A DNA stretch of 64,000 nucleotides from NCBI GenBank assembly GCA_903919145.1, contig CAIXGW010000214.1, positions 4,534-68,533 of the forward strand, in the 5' to 3' direction. The notes beneath the pieces were generated by a model that saw nothing but the letters and a program-made list of their open reading frames with translations, was not told the origin of the DNA and searched no databases. Below, piece after piece: positions 30,975 through 43,578 of this stretch (position 1 is its first letter; each line of letters begins with the position of its first letter). A program made the position numbers and the translations under genes. Source of the stretch: an uncultured Myxococcales bacterium. GTDB lineage: Bacteria > Myxococcota_A > UBA9042.

Positions 30975-33101
30975 TTGTTGTCGGCATTTTTCCAGAAGCC
31001 AGGGGGCCTGTGGCGGCAGTGGTGTCGCCGGCTTGGTTGCGCGCGGCTGCTGACGGCGCTGGCGGTGCTGGGGGTGGCCTCACCAAGGGTGACCCTATGT
31101 CAACCCCATGCTCTGCCTGAACATTTTACGCCGACGGCGGGCGGTGCCGATCCAGCGCCAGAGCTGTGGGTGAGGGCGGCGCGGCCGATCAGCTTGGCGG
31201 GCCAGCTGGACGCGGCGGGGCCGGTGACGGTGGTGAGCGGCGCGGACCTGCGGCGCACCTACACGTCGCCGGCGGCAGCGCTGGCAGCCCAGCCCGGCCT
31301 GGCCGTCATGCACACCGGCGGCGTTGGCAGCCCGGCCCATCTGATGGTGCGCGGCTCCACGGCAGAGCAACTGACTGTGGCGATTGACGATGTACCGCTG
31401 AGCAACGCCGACGGCGCGCCCTTTGACCTGTCAGACCTGCCGCTGTCAGCGGTCGACCGGCTGGAGGTCTACCGCGGCGCGACCCCGGCTTGGCTGGGCC
31501 CGCAGTCGATGGGCGGCGCCCTGCGGATTCTGCTGCGCAAGGCCCGCGGGTCTGGCGGCGAATTCTCAGCCGCGATGGGTAGCTTTGGCACCCGCCAGCT
31601 GGACGGTGGCCTGGGCTGGCAAGGCGATCAGGGCTCGGCGCTGCTGGGCCTGCGCTGGCTGGGCAGCACCGGTGACTTTGCCTACCGCCAAGATCCCGGC
31701 ACCGCCTTTCAGACCAGCGACGACCGCACCCAGACAAGACAGAACAACGATCTTAGCAGGTTGGGTGGAGTCCTGGCCGCGGAGTGGCGGCTGGGAGAGC
31801 GGTGGACCGCCTACCTGCGCTGGCTGGGCGCGGGCTCTGAGGTGGGCGTGCCGGGAGCGGCGCTGTACCCGGCGCTCAAAGCCCGCTACGAGCAGAACCG
31901 CCAGCTGCTGGCCCTGCAAGCTGTGCGGCGGACGGGCTCCGCCGACGGACGCTTGCTGCTGTCTCTGCACACCTCGGGCGCCTGGACGGTGACCGACGAC
32001 CGCGCCGGCGAGCTGGGGCTGGCCTGGCATTCGCGCCAGCGCGTGGCCGGGGCCGGGGCCGTGGCGGCGTGGGAAGGCCCCTTGGCCAGAACCTCCCGCC
32101 TGGCCGCTGATGGGCAGCTGCGCCTGGCCGGTCAGCTGGCCAGCGTGGATGGTCAAGACCTGCTGCGCGGCGAGACCCGTCCTCGCTCGTGGCGCAACAG
32201 CGCAACCCTGACGGCCGCCGTGCCGCTGCGGGTCGGCGAGGTGACCCTGACTCCGGCGGGCGGCGCTGAGTGGATTGGCCAGTCGCTGCAGGATGCCCGC
32301 CAATATCCCTTTGCTTGGTCTGAAGTGACCACGGTGCAGGCCCTGCCCTGGCACGCAGCCCTCAGTGGCCACTGGCAGCCGCGCAACGGCTGGGTCGTGC
32401 ACACCTCTGCCCGGCGCGCGGTCCGCCTGGCCAATTTGCAGGAGCTCTTTGGCGACTCGGCTGTGGTGCGCGGCAACGCCCGCCTGCAGCCAGAGTCCTC
32501 TGTGTCCCTAGATGGCGGGCTGAACTGGCAGCGCCGCGGGGGGACCCGGTGGGATCTATCTGTAGACACAAGAGCTTATGCCACGTGGGCCAATGACCTT
32601 ATCCAGCTGGTCGGCCTGGGGGCTCGCCAGGCCGTGTACCAGAATATCGGCCAGGCGCGGCTGCTGGGCGCCGAGCTGCAGGTGGACGGGCAGCTGGGCC
32701 CGGTCCGCGCCAGCCTGGGCCACGCCACCCTCGCCAGCGTCGACCGCAGCCAGCAGGTGGCCTACCGCGGCAACGCCCTGCCGCTGTGGCCGCGCAGCCG
32801 CTGGTCCGGTCGGGTGTCCTGGCAATTACCATCAACTTCCAAGCACTTCAGCGCCGCCCTGTGGAGCGCGGCCCAGTGGCAATCCGGCTACTTCCTAGAC
32901 GCCGCCAACCTGGTGGCGCTGCCTGGCCGCACCTTGCTGTCGGCAGGCCTGCGCGCTGACCTGGGCCGGCTGGGCTTGCACGTGGACGCCAGGCTGGACA
33001 ACGCCGCCGACGTGCCGTGGTTTGACCTGGTCGGCTACCCGCTGCCGGGGCGCACCGCCTGGCTGCAGGTCGGCTGGTCCGGCCACCGGGACACCCCATG
33101 A
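30975..33101 (+). CDS. btuB: TonB-dependent receptor, BtuB-like
   Basis: Plug motifs VRGS and DRLEVYRG; GNARLQPESS; YQNIGQAR; C-terminal GYPLPGRTAW; TTG start chosen after the riboswitch and GGAG RBS. Confidence 0.85.
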   Translation: MLSAFFQKPGGLWRQWCRRLGCARLLTALAVLGVASPRVTLCQPHALPEHFTPTAGGADPAPELWVRAARPISLAGQLDAAGPVTVVSGADLRRTYTSPAAALAAQPGLAVMHTGGVGSPAHLMVRGSTAEQLTVAIDDVPLSNADGAPFDLSDLPLSAVDRLEVYRGATPAWLGPQSMGGALRILLRKARGSGGEFSAAMGSFGTRQLDGGLGWQGDQGSALLGLRWLGSTGDFAYRQDPGTAFQTSDDRTQTRQNNDLSRLGGVLAAEWRLGERWTAYLRWLGAGSEVGVPGAALYPALKARYEQNRQLLALQAVRRTGSADGRLLLSLHTSGAWTVTDDRAGELGLAWHSRQRVAGAGAVAAWEGPLARTSRLAADGQLRLAGQLASVDGQDLLRGETRPRSWRNSATLTAAVPLRVGEVTLTPAGGAEWIGQSLQDARQYPFAWSEVTTVQALPWHAALSGHWQPRNGWVVHTSARRAVRLANLQELFGDSAVVRGNARLQPESSVSLDGGLNWQRRGGTRWDLSVDTRAYATWANDLIQLVGLGARQAVYQNIGQARLLGAELQVDGQLGPVRASLGHATLASVDRSQQVAYRGNALPLWPRSRWSGRVSWQLPSTSKHFSAALWSAAQWQSGYFLDAANLVALPGRTLLSAGLRADLGRLGLHVDARLDNAADVPWFDLVGYPLPGRTAWLQVGWSGHRDTP

Positions 33102-34507
33102 CCTACGACCCCAGCCGCGGCAGCTGCCCCACCACCCAGGGCTTTGGCAATTCCATGTCTGGCAAAGGGTTTTCTACCATCCCTCCCCTCGGCGCAGCCC
33201 AAGCGGGCCCGGCACAGAAGCCACTCAAGCAGCGGGGGCCGCGCTGGACGCCCGCCTGGCCCCTGGCCGCCGCGGTAGCCATCGCTGGCTGCGCCGATGA
33301 CACCCAAGGCTTTGGCAACTCCTTGTCAAGCCATGCGCAATTTGCCAAGGCTGCCGATCCAGGCCCGGCAGTGGACCGCTACCTGGCGGTGGTAGGCGGC
33401 GACTACAAAAGCACCGCCCTGTCTCTGCTGGACCTGGCCTCCCTGCCGGCGGCGGGCCTGCAACAGGCGCCAGCGGCGTGGTCCGCCGTGCTGCACTCTG
33501 GGTCGCGGCTGGGGCCGACGGCGATGGCCCTGTCGGGCGATGTGGTGCTGGGCCAGCTGCCCGGTCAGCCGCGCCAGGTGCTGCTGGTCGATCGCGCGAC
33601 GGCGGTGCTGACCCAGGTGGCGGCCGACAGCGGCCAGGTCCTGCGCCAGGTCTCGGTGGCGGCAGGCTTCTACGCCAACCCCCAGGACGCGCTGGCCGTG
33701 GCGGCGGATCGCTGGCTGGTGCCGCGCATGGGCCGCAACCCAAAGCCCAGCGCAGCCGCTGGTGATTTTGACGACGGCGATGACCTGGTGGCGGTGGATC
33801 CGCTGGCGGGCAAGCTCGTGCAGTCCCTGGCTCTGGGCAGCCTGTCTACCCTGCCCGGCGGGTTGGCGGCGCCGCAGCGCATGGGGCTGGCCGGCGGGCT
33901 GGTGTGGCTGCCGCTGGGGTCCTTTGCCGCCGATTTCAAGGCCCAGGGCCCAGCCCGGCTGATCGCCATCTCGCCCAGCGACTGGAAGGTCGTGGCGCAG
34001 GTTCAGCTGCCCGGCCTGAAGAACTGTGTGAGCGTCCGCCCTTTGCCGGGAGGCCTGCTGCTGGTCAACTGCCAAGGGTCCTATGCCGCGCCCGCGCAGC
34101 AGCTGGCGGAGTCGGCTCTGGTGGTGGTCGATCCGCAGACCGGCAGCCCGACGCTGCAGATCCCGGCGCGCGCTGGCGATGGGCCTTTTGGCCGCGACGC
34201 CGTGGCGATCGACGGGCGCTGGGTGGCCGCCGTCACCCTGGGCGATTTTGCCAGCCAGCGCCCCGACCGGCTGTGGCTGGTCGACCTGACCACAGGCGAT
34301 CGGCAGCTGCTGAGTCAAGCCGCTGAGCCCTTTGGCTATTCTGGGATATGGGCCGATCCCTGGCGGCGCACCCTGTGGCTGGGCGAGCCCAAGCACGCGC
34401 TGGACCTGCTGCGCTTTGGCGTGGACAGCGCGGGAGCCGTCACGGCGGGGTCGCGGCTGTCGTCCAATCCGGGGGGCCTTGGCGCTCTTGAGCTTGGAGG
34501 CTTGTGA
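33098..34507 (+). CDS. beta-propeller lipoprotein (YncE/BtuG-like), probable surface cobalamin-binding partner
   Basis: Lipobox IAGC; NPQDALAV and repeated beta-strand blades; translationally coupled between btuB and btuF. Confidence 0.7.
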   Translation: MTYDPSRGSCPTTQGFGNSMSGKGFSTIPPLGAAQAGPAQKPLKQRGPRWTPAWPLAAAVAIAGCADDTQGFGNSLSSHAQFAKAADPGPAVDRYLAVVGGDYKSTALSLLDLASLPAAGLQQAPAAWSAVLHSGSRLGPTAMALSGDVVLGQLPGQPRQVLLVDRATAVLTQVAADSGQVLRQVSVAAGFYANPQDALAVAADRWLVPRMGRNPKPSAAAGDFDDGDDLVAVDPLAGKLVQSLALGSLSTLPGGLAAPQRMGLAGGLVWLPLGSFAADFKAQGPARLIAISPSDWKVVAQVQLPGLKNCVSVRPLPGGLLLVNCQGSYAAPAQQLAESALVVVDPQTGSPTLQIPARAGDGPFGRDAVAIDGRWVAAVTLGDFASQRPDRLWLVDLTTGDRQLLSQAAEPFGYSGIWADPWRRTLWLGEPKHALDLLRFGVDSAGAVTAGSRLSSNPGGLGALELGGL

Positions 34508-35510
34508 TGAGGCAGCGGGTTGGTGGACGATTCTCACTAATTATAATGCTGTTGTCTTGCCTATGGCTATCTTTTGCCTGCTCAAAGGCATCGCATGTAC
34601 CTGACAATGCCATAGTCGTTCGCGATCAACTGGGCCGAACGGTGGCCCTGCCGCAGGCTGCCAAGCGCATTGTCTCGCTGTCCCCAGCCGCTACTGAGAG
34701 CCTTTTTCACATTGGCTGCGGCGATCGAATTGTATTGCGTGATAATTGGAGCGACTACCCAATACAATCAAAGGCAATTGCCAGCATTGACGGCTTCAGC
34801 CCCTCCGCCGAGCTGATCCTGGCTGCCCGCCCCGATCTGGTGGTGGCGCACTTTCCCACCGCGGCGCTGCAGGCGGCCCTCAACAGCGCCGGTGTGCCGT
34901 GGATCGCGCTGGCCCCCGCCACTTTGGCTGACGTCTCGGCTTCTCTGGCTACGCTGGGCCTGTTGTGCGGCCACGCCGAAGACGGCCGCCGCGCTGCGGC
35001 CACCTTTGCGGCCCGCCAGGCTGCCATCGAATCGGCGTTGCAGGGTGCCACCAAACCCAGGGTTTTCTATGAGATGGATGGCGGAGATGGCTCCAGGCCC
35101 TTTACGGTGGGCCGCGGCAGCTTTGGCCACCAGCTGGTCGAGCACGGCGGCGGCATCAACGTGTTTGGCCAGCGCAGCGAGCCGTGGCTGCAGGTCGGCC
35201 TGGAGGCCATCCGCGCCGCCGACCCGCAGCTGTGGCTGCTGGCCGACGCCGACTCCGCCGATCGGCCGCAGTCGCCGGCCACGGTAGCCGCCCGCCCTGG
35301 CTTTGGCGCCATCGCGGCCGTCAGAGATGGCAAATTTGCCAGCCTTCCAGCTGACCTTGCCGCGCGCCCCGGGCCGCGGCTGATCCTGGGCCTGGCCGCC
35401 GCCGCCAAGGCCATCCATCCCGACCGCGCTGCCGCCATTGACGCGGCCCCGCAGGCGGCGACCGCAGCGCAGCCTCTTGACGTTGCGCCTGCCGCTGCCC
35501 GAGGCAGCCA

Positions 35511-35514
<4 letters not shown>
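34504..35514 (+). CDS. btuF: cobalamin ABC transporter substrate-binding protein
   Basis: DQLGRTV, RIVSLSPAATESLF, ELILAARPDLV, GGINVF and RPGPRL motifs (helical-backbone receptor). Confidence 0.88.
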
Positions 35515-37274
<1,760 letters not shown>

Positions 37275-37515
37275 AGGCCGGGGGCCAACGCCCTAAAACG
37301 CAAGCATTATATGCAGTTCAAACCTGTTCACCCGCCGCACCTACGGCTCCGCCCGCTAGCGGACCGGCAGGGCTTGCAGCTGCGCCGCTCATGATTCCTT
37401 GCCGAGGTCGGTGGAGGCGCGCGGCTGCCCGTCGCTTTTGCCGGTTGCCTTGCACCTGCCGCTGCTCTACGCTCTGAGGGACTCAGAGGTAGGCGCGCTG
37501 AGCCCTGGAGTACAG

Positions 37516-39879
37516 ATGTCCACCGCAACGGGTCTTTTGCGCAGCGGGCTATGGGTGGCGATGGGCTTGGCGGGCCTGGCCGGCTGTTCAGACACCCAGG
37601 GTTCGCCAGCCACGGCCCCAGCGGGCCTCTGGCTGGATGTCCAAGCGAGTGACACGGTCTCGGCCGGCACCGCCGATGCCAAGGCGCCCGCGGCCGACAG
37701 CAGCACCGCCGGCGACGCGCTCGCCAGCGACCTACAGGGCTCGGGTGGCGATACTGGCGCAGACAGCGGCAGCCCCAAGGACAGTGCCAGCTTGGACACC
37801 ACGGCGGATGCCGGCCCTGCCTGCCAGGCCAGCGACCCCGCCGTGTGCGCCGACCCGTCCACGCTGGTGCAGTGTGTCGATGGCGCCTATGTCGCAACGA
37901 CGTGTGCAACGGGCAAGGCCTGCTGCATCGACCAGTGCGCCGACCAGGTCTGTACGCCGTTTCAGACCAAGCAATGCCTCGGCCCGGCGACGGCCGGTCT
38001 CTGCAACGCCTGCGGCACCAGCTTCACCCCGCAGCCCTGCCTCCCCAACTACGTGTGCGACGCCAAGACCCAGGCCTGCACCTGCAAGAGCCCGCTCGAG
38101 GTGCTGTTCGTGCTCGACGCTTCGGGCAGCATGCAGCTCTCAAGCATCGGCGGCCAGACCCGCTGGCAGCTGGCCCAGCAGGCGATCGACGAGGTCATGA
38201 AGGCCTTTCCAGGCATCCAGTACGGTCTTGCCACCTTCCCCGATCATGCGGTCGACTGTGCCGCGCCCGGGTGTACCAGCAAGGGCGGCTGCGACAAGAG
38301 CTTTTTCGACGAACTGAACGCTCCGACCGGTACGCCGCCCGACGTCTTGACCGCCTACCTCGCCAAGCGGCAGCTGGCGACCGCGGGCAGCAAGCTCGAG
38401 CTGGTGCTGACGCCGCTGGCCGGGGCGATGCAGCAACTGGTCGACGGCGACCTGGGGACGCTCAAGAAGAACACCAATTCGCCGCGCTACGTGATCCTCA
38501 TCTCAGACGGCGAGGACACCTGCTACGCGCCACAGGCACCTAAGCTGCTGCCCGGTGTACTGGGCCAGTCGGCGGCAAAGCTGCGCGACCAGTGGAATAT
38601 CCAGACCTACCCAGTTGGCTTCGGCTACGCCTCGGGCAGCGCCCAGCTGTCGGCGATCGCCCAGCAAGGCGGCACGGGGCTGGCAACGCCACTGCTGGCC
38701 GGCGATGGTGCTGGACTGGTGACAGAGATCTCCAAGATCATCAAGCTCATCGACCCCAAGAAGTGCGCGGGCACCGCAGCACCGCCCAAGGCCGCAGCGT
38801 GTACGGCCGCCGGCCTACAGGACAGCGACGGCGACGGCTGGTGCAGCGACCTGGACTGCAAAGACGGCGACAAGGCAGTGCACCCCGGTGCCACCGAGAC
38901 CACGGCTGGCCAGGACGACGACTGTGACGGCCTGACCGACGAGGCCGACGGCTACATCCCGCCTGCCGAGCCCAAGTCAGGCTGCAAGGGCATCGATTTC
39001 CTCTTTGTGATCGACAACTCGGGCTCAATGGGCGATGAGCAAAAGGCACTCATCCAAAGCTTTCCGGGCTTTCTGAACGCCATCCAGACCGCGGTACCAA
39101 ACGGCGACTTCCAGGTGATGGTGGTCGACTCCGACGCCACGGGGCTGACCAGCTCGGGCAGCTCGTCGTCGTCTTGCACCTCCAACGGCAAGGACAAGAG
39201 CTGTACCTGCAGCCCTGGGCCGTCGTGCTGCGACAAGATCTGCGCCGACCCGCTGTGGGGGTCCGCCACCATCTGCAACGGGTCTCCGGCCTGCAACCAG
39301 AAGCCGCCGCCGCAGCTCAGCGCCTGCGACAATGCGCTGGGCGCCGGCCGCACCTATTCAGGCGCGTACGACGTGTGCTTCACGTCGCCGCCGCGCTACA
39401 TGTCGAGCAAGACCGTCAACCTCGCGCAATCGTTCACCTGCGCCGCCAACGTCGGCATCGGCGGCAGCGGCGATGAGAAAGTGATGCAGGCGATGGCCGC
39501 CGCTGTGACCCCGCCGCTGTCATCGCCCGGCGGCTGCAACACCGGGTTTGTGCGAGACAACGCCATCTTGGTGGTGACGTTTGTCACCGACGAGCTCGAC
39601 ACCGGCAGTGCGGGCACCCCGGCCTCGTGGAAGCAGGCCCTGGTCGATGCCAAGAAGGGCAAGGCCGATGGCATCTATGTGCTCGGCATCTATGGGGATC
39701 AGGGCAAGCAGGCGCAGCTGTGCAAAGGCGGCCAGCCCGCCACCTTGCTGGATGGCTTTCTGACTGCCATTGGTGCCCAGGGTCAGTTCTGCAGCATCTG
39801 CCAGGCGGGCTACGCCAAGTGCTTTGCCGACGCCATCGCCGGCATCAAGACCACCTGTGACAACTACGTCACCGAATAA
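37516..39879 (+). CDS. Cys-rich lipoprotein with two vWA domains (CglD/CglB-like)
   Basis: Lipobox LAGC; MIDAS motifs FVLDASGSM and FVIDNSGSM..EQ; ISDGED; FVTDE; metal-binding repeat DSDGDGW...DC.D....HPGATE...DDDCDG..DE between the two domains. Confidence 0.85.
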   Translation: MSTATGLLRSGLWVAMGLAGLAGCSDTQGSPATAPAGLWLDVQASDTVSAGTADAKAPAADSSTAGDALASDLQGSGGDTGADSGSPKDSASLDTTADAGPACQASDPAVCADPSTLVQCVDGAYVATTCATGKACCIDQCADQVCTPFQTKQCLGPATAGLCNACGTSFTPQPCLPNYVCDAKTQACTCKSPLEVLFVLDASGSMQLSSIGGQTRWQLAQQAIDEVMKAFPGIQYGLATFPDHAVDCAAPGCTSKGGCDKSFFDELNAPTGTPPDVLTAYLAKRQLATAGSKLELVLTPLAGAMQQLVDGDLGTLKKNTNSPRYVILISDGEDTCYAPQAPKLLPGVLGQSAAKLRDQWNIQTYPVGFGYASGSAQLSAIAQQGGTGLATPLLAGDGAGLVTEISKIIKLIDPKKCAGTAAPPKAAACTAAGLQDSDGDGWCSDLDCKDGDKAVHPGATETTAGQDDDCDGLTDEADGYIPPAEPKSGCKGIDFLFVIDNSGSMGDEQKALIQSFPGFLNAIQTAVPNGDFQVMVVDSDATGLTSSGSSSSSCTSNGKDKSCTCSPGPSCCDKICADPLWGSATICNGSPACNQKPPPQLSACDNALGAGRTYSGAYDVCFTSPPRYMSSKTVNLAQSFTCAANVGIGGSGDEKVMQAMAAAVTPPLSSPGGCNTGFVRDNAILVVTFVTDELDTGSAGTPASWKQALVDAKKGKADGIYVLGIYGDQGKQAQLCKGGQPATLLDGFLTAIGAQGQFCSICQAGYAKCFADAIAGIKTTCDNYVTE

Positions 39880-39909
39880 ACAAAGCCGCTTCGCCACGGG
39901 GGAAATATC

Positions 39910-41904
39910 ATGATCGTCCGGATCTGCGCGATCGCCGCCGCTTTGGCCGCCTGCCTTGGTCTGGTGGCCTGCTCAGACAGCACCAGCGGCAGTGGCCAGG
40001 CCAAGGCCACGCCGTGCAGCCTGGAGAGCGACTGTCCCGCCGGCCAGACCTGCGCCAGCGGTGCCTGCGCCCCGCTCAAGAGCTGCAAGATCGACAGCGA
40101 GTGCCCGCTGTTCACCGTGTGCGTGCTCGGCAGTTGCAAGGCCAAGCAGTCCAGCCCCGACGCCAGCGGCGGCAGCAAGGACAGTGACGGCGGCGCAAAC
40201 GACGCGATCCCCCCGGCGGGCTGCACCACGCCCACCGACTGCGGCGACGGCGACCCCTGCACTGCCGACACCTGCAAGGACGGCAAGTGCGGGCACCAGG
40301 CCATTGAGGAATGCTGCAAATCCGCCAGTGCATGCAATGACAACAACGTCTGCACCACCGACACCTGCGGCCCTGACCACGCCTGCAGCTACGCCGAAGC
40401 CAAGGGCGTGTGCTGCACCACCGTCAAGGACTGCAGCGACGGTGACAACTGCACCAGTGACGTCTGCATCGCGGGCAAATGCGTGTACGCCAAGCCGCCG
40501 CAGGGCTGCTGCAGCAAAGCCTCTGACTGCAATGACAATTCGCCATGCACGACCGACACCTGCGAATCAGGTGCCTGCAAGCACAAGGACGCCGCGGGCT
40601 GCTGCACCACCGACAGCCAGTGCGCCGATACCGACGCCTGCACCGCCGATGTGTGTGTCGCCAACCTCTGCCAGTCCAAGCCGGTGCTCGGATGCTGCCT
40701 GGTGGGGCTGCAGTGCGAGGACGGCGACCCCTGCACCGCCGACAGCTGCAACAAGGAGGCAGGCCAGACCGCCGGCCTGTGCAAGAACGCTGCCCAGGGC
40801 GGCTGCACCCCAACCGCATGCGGCAACGGCAGCTGCGACAGCGGCGAGACGGCGGTCAGCTGCCCCAGCGACTGCCCCAAGCTGGTCGCCCAGTGCGGCA
40901 ACGGCAGCTGCGAGAGTGGCGAGAGCAACGCCAGCTGCCCGCTTGACTGCAAGCCCGCCAGCCTGTGCGGCAACGGCGTCTGCGACACCGACGAGACCTT
41001 TGTCTCCTGCCCTAAGGAGTGCCCGCCGCCCAAGGCGGTGTGCGGCAACGGCGCCTGCGAATTCGGCGAGAGCAACGCCAGCTGCCCCAAGGACTGCCCA
41101 GCGCCCGGCACCTACACCGGTCTACCGGTGGTGGTCAGCGGCTCAGAAACCAGCTGCGCCATCACCACCAAGGGCAACGTGGTCTGCTGGGGCAAGGCCG
41201 ACTACGGCATCACCACCCCGCCGGCCTTGACGGGAGCCAAGCGCCTGTCGCTCAGCCTGACCAGCGCCTGCGCCGCAACCGACACGGGTCTGCAGTGCTG
41301 GGGCATCCAGCACGCGTGGGTCAAGACCCTGCTCGGCGTCGCCTCGGCCAAGGAGGTGGCGCTCGCCAACTTTGGCGGTTGCGTGATCAGTGGCGCCGGT
41401 GAGTTGGTGTGCGCCGGCCAGGCCGACGCCGTACCGCTGGCGCCCGCTGCCGGGCCGTGGACGGCGGTGGACGCGTTTGTCTACCACTCTTGCGCCCTGT
41501 CGGCCGCCGGCCAGCCGCAGTGCTGGAGCTTGGTACCCGGCGCGCTGACGACCCCTCCGGCGGGCAAGCTCGCCAGCGTCGACGTCGGCCAGAACAGTGC
41601 TTGCGGCATCGCGGACCAGGGTGGCCAATTGGTGTGCTGGGGCGCCAACACCTACGGGGTGGCCAAGCCGCCGGCGGGGGCCTTCCAGCAAGTGGCGGTA
41701 GGGTTCTTCCAGGCCTGCGCTGTCGGCGTCGATGGCGCACTGGCGTGCTGGGGCGATGCCACCCACGGCGTGATGTTGCCGCCGCCCGGCCAATTCAAGC
41801 AGGTCAGCGTGGGCTGGAGCCATGCCTGCGCCGTACGTGTCGACAACCAGGTGGTGTGCTGGGGCAGCGGTGCAGCCATCCAAGTGCCTGCCGTCGCCTG
41901 GTGA
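39910..41904 (+). CDS. lipoprotein with Cys-rich repeats and RCC1-like beta-propeller
   Basis: Lipobox LVAC; CC...DC.DG..CT.D.C units; four CGNG.C..GE....CP..C units; C-terminal CA......VCWG repeats. Confidence 0.85.
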   Translation: MIVRICAIAAALAACLGLVACSDSTSGSGQAKATPCSLESDCPAGQTCASGACAPLKSCKIDSECPLFTVCVLGSCKAKQSSPDASGGSKDSDGGANDAIPPAGCTTPTDCGDGDPCTADTCKDGKCGHQAIEECCKSASACNDNNVCTTDTCGPDHACSYAEAKGVCCTTVKDCSDGDNCTSDVCIAGKCVYAKPPQGCCSKASDCNDNSPCTTDTCESGACKHKDAAGCCTTDSQCADTDACTADVCVANLCQSKPVLGCCLVGLQCEDGDPCTADSCNKEAGQTAGLCKNAAQGGCTPTACGNGSCDSGETAVSCPSDCPKLVAQCGNGSCESGESNASCPLDCKPASLCGNGVCDTDETFVSCPKECPPPKAVCGNGACEFGESNASCPKDCPAPGTYTGLPVVVSGSETSCAITTKGNVVCWGKADYGITTPPALTGAKRLSLSLTSACAATDTGLQCWGIQHAWVKTLLGVASAKEVALANFGGCVISGAGELVCAGQADAVPLAPAAGPWTAVDAFVYHSCALSAAGQPQCWSLVPGALTTPPAGKLASVDVGQNSACGIADQGGQLVCWGANTYGVAKPPAGAFQQVAVGFFQACAVGVDGALACWGDATHGVMLPPPGQFKQVSVGWSHACAVRVDNQVVCWGSGAAIQVPAVAW

Positions 41905-42286
41905 GGCGTTATCCTACGGCAAGGCAAAGGGCCGTCTGGCGACGGAGGTGACGCTCGGCTCGCCGCTGGTGGCGCGGATTGGCGCAAGCTACGGCGCTCC
42001 GGGCTACAACGCGCCCAAGCCGGAACCGCTGCGCCTTCCGCCGACTCGCGTAGGAGGGTGTGGGAGGGCTGAGTCGATTCAATAGTTTCAGGGAAGTACC
42101 CGTAGGTGCCGGCAATTCTCTGGCAGGCTCCTGGGTGAGAGGCTGGGCTCAAGGCTTGGGTGGTGCAAGCAAGTCGACCGCCTGCAGACCCAGCCACGGC
42201 GGCGGGTAAAAAATCGTGCGGTAGTCATGAAGAGCACTGGTATCAGACAGTTCCGACCAGTTCGGCGGCACAGAGACGTCCAGCAG

Positions 42287-43153
42287 CTACTTTTTCTTGC
42301 TGAGCTTGACGGCTTCGCTCCGCACCTTCTCCAGGTCCCACTCTTCAGACAACGGCTCGCGCTCGTCGAGCTTGATCTTGTAGGCCTTGAGGTCCAGTCC
42401 GGCAGCTTTGACTTGGTCGATCCACGCCACAATGTTGGTGGCTTCGCTGTGGACCCGCTTGACGCACTCGCCCTTGCAGCCGCCCCAGTTCTTGTCCACA
42501 TCGGTCTTGAGACTGCGGAAGCTGTTGCCTATCGCCCTGACGCGCACAAGGCCATTGCGATAGACGATTCCGAAAGCGATGTGCTGGCCGAGCCCGTCCT
42601 TGTACGCCTTCAAGACTGCGTTGCTGGCAAACTCTGGTCGATTGAGAATCTCCTGCAGCTTGGCAATCTTTGCATCACCTTCTGGACTGACGCTGTTGGA
42701 GCCGCGCAACCCATTGACTTTGTCTTCTAAGGACAACAGGAACTTGGCCTCCTCTTCGCCGACCTTCTGGCCGTCAAAGTCCCACTCGCGCCACTGGCCG
42801 ACGTACAGTCCTCGCTTGGCGAGCTCCGTCCTTGCGGCGGCAAGCCGAGCATCACAAGCGGCAAATTCCGGATGCGCGCGAAAATCAACGTTTGGGTGAG
42901 GGTTGCGCATGTCGCGACGCAGGTCAACGATGCTGCCCACTTGGCCCGCCAGGATCTTGGCCGGGTCCGTCAGAGCCACAAAGGCTTCAAGCTGGGCCAG
43001 TTTCTGCTTGTGCCCGTCGATCCACCGATCAGCCCGCGGCTGGTCCTTGGCACCAATCGGCGGCGGAGTGGCTGGTGTTTCCGCATGGGCAACGGGCAGC
43101 GCAAGGACGAAGGTTGAAATCGCAGTCGTCAGGCATAGACGGACAAGACGCAT
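42287..43153 (-). CDS. secreted hypothetical protein with atypical composition
   Basis: Signal peptide ...FVLALPVAHA; GGAG upstream; charged helical sequence with no recognised motif; more A/T-ending codons than neighbours. Confidence 0.75.
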   Translation of the reverse strand: MRLVRLCLTTAISTFVLALPVAHAETPATPPPIGAKDQPRADRWIDGHKQKLAQLEAFVALTDPAKILAGQVGSIVDLRRDMRNPHPNVDFRAHPEFAACDARLAAARTELAKRGLYVGQWREWDFDGQKVGEEEAKFLLSLEDKVNGLRGSNSVSPEGDAKIAKLQEILNRPEFASNAVLKAYKDGLGQHIAFGIVYRNGLVRVRAIGNSFRSLKTDVDKNWGGCKGECVKRVHSEATNIVAWIDQVKAAGLDLKAYKIKLDEREPLSEEWDLEKVRSEAVKLSKKK

Positions 43154-43578
43154 CGAGGACTCCTTTGGGCAGGGGCGCAGCGGCGCAGGTTGGGCAAGGT
43201 CAGCATGGTGCGCAACGTTTTATCGACAAGCTGCACAACCGTGCAAATGGCCGGCCATGTGGCTCCGGTGGTTCGGATGGACCCAGGGCAGCTCGCTTCC
43301 GCAGACCTGGCTAGAGTGCCCCCAAGCAGGCCAGCCGTCCAGGCGCTTGCGCGGCAGCACTGGCCAACAGTCGCTGCCGGACCGGGCCATCCTCCTGCAG
43401 CCCCCGTGGCTGGCTTCTTGCGATGGCCCCGCGCCGTCCCGCCGGCCATCTGGCACATTGCCGTTTGGCTGTGGTATGGTAAGGGGCTTGGGCAAGCACG
43501 CAGCGGGGCAGCAGCTTCTCTGCGGTGGCGCCTCACCAGTAATCCATTGACTTCCGCAACATGCTGCGGGGGGTGTCT

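Noticed and set aside
41905-42110. Possible alpha/beta-hydrolase fragment (VTLGSPL)
   Set aside because: A single short motif with no start or further support.
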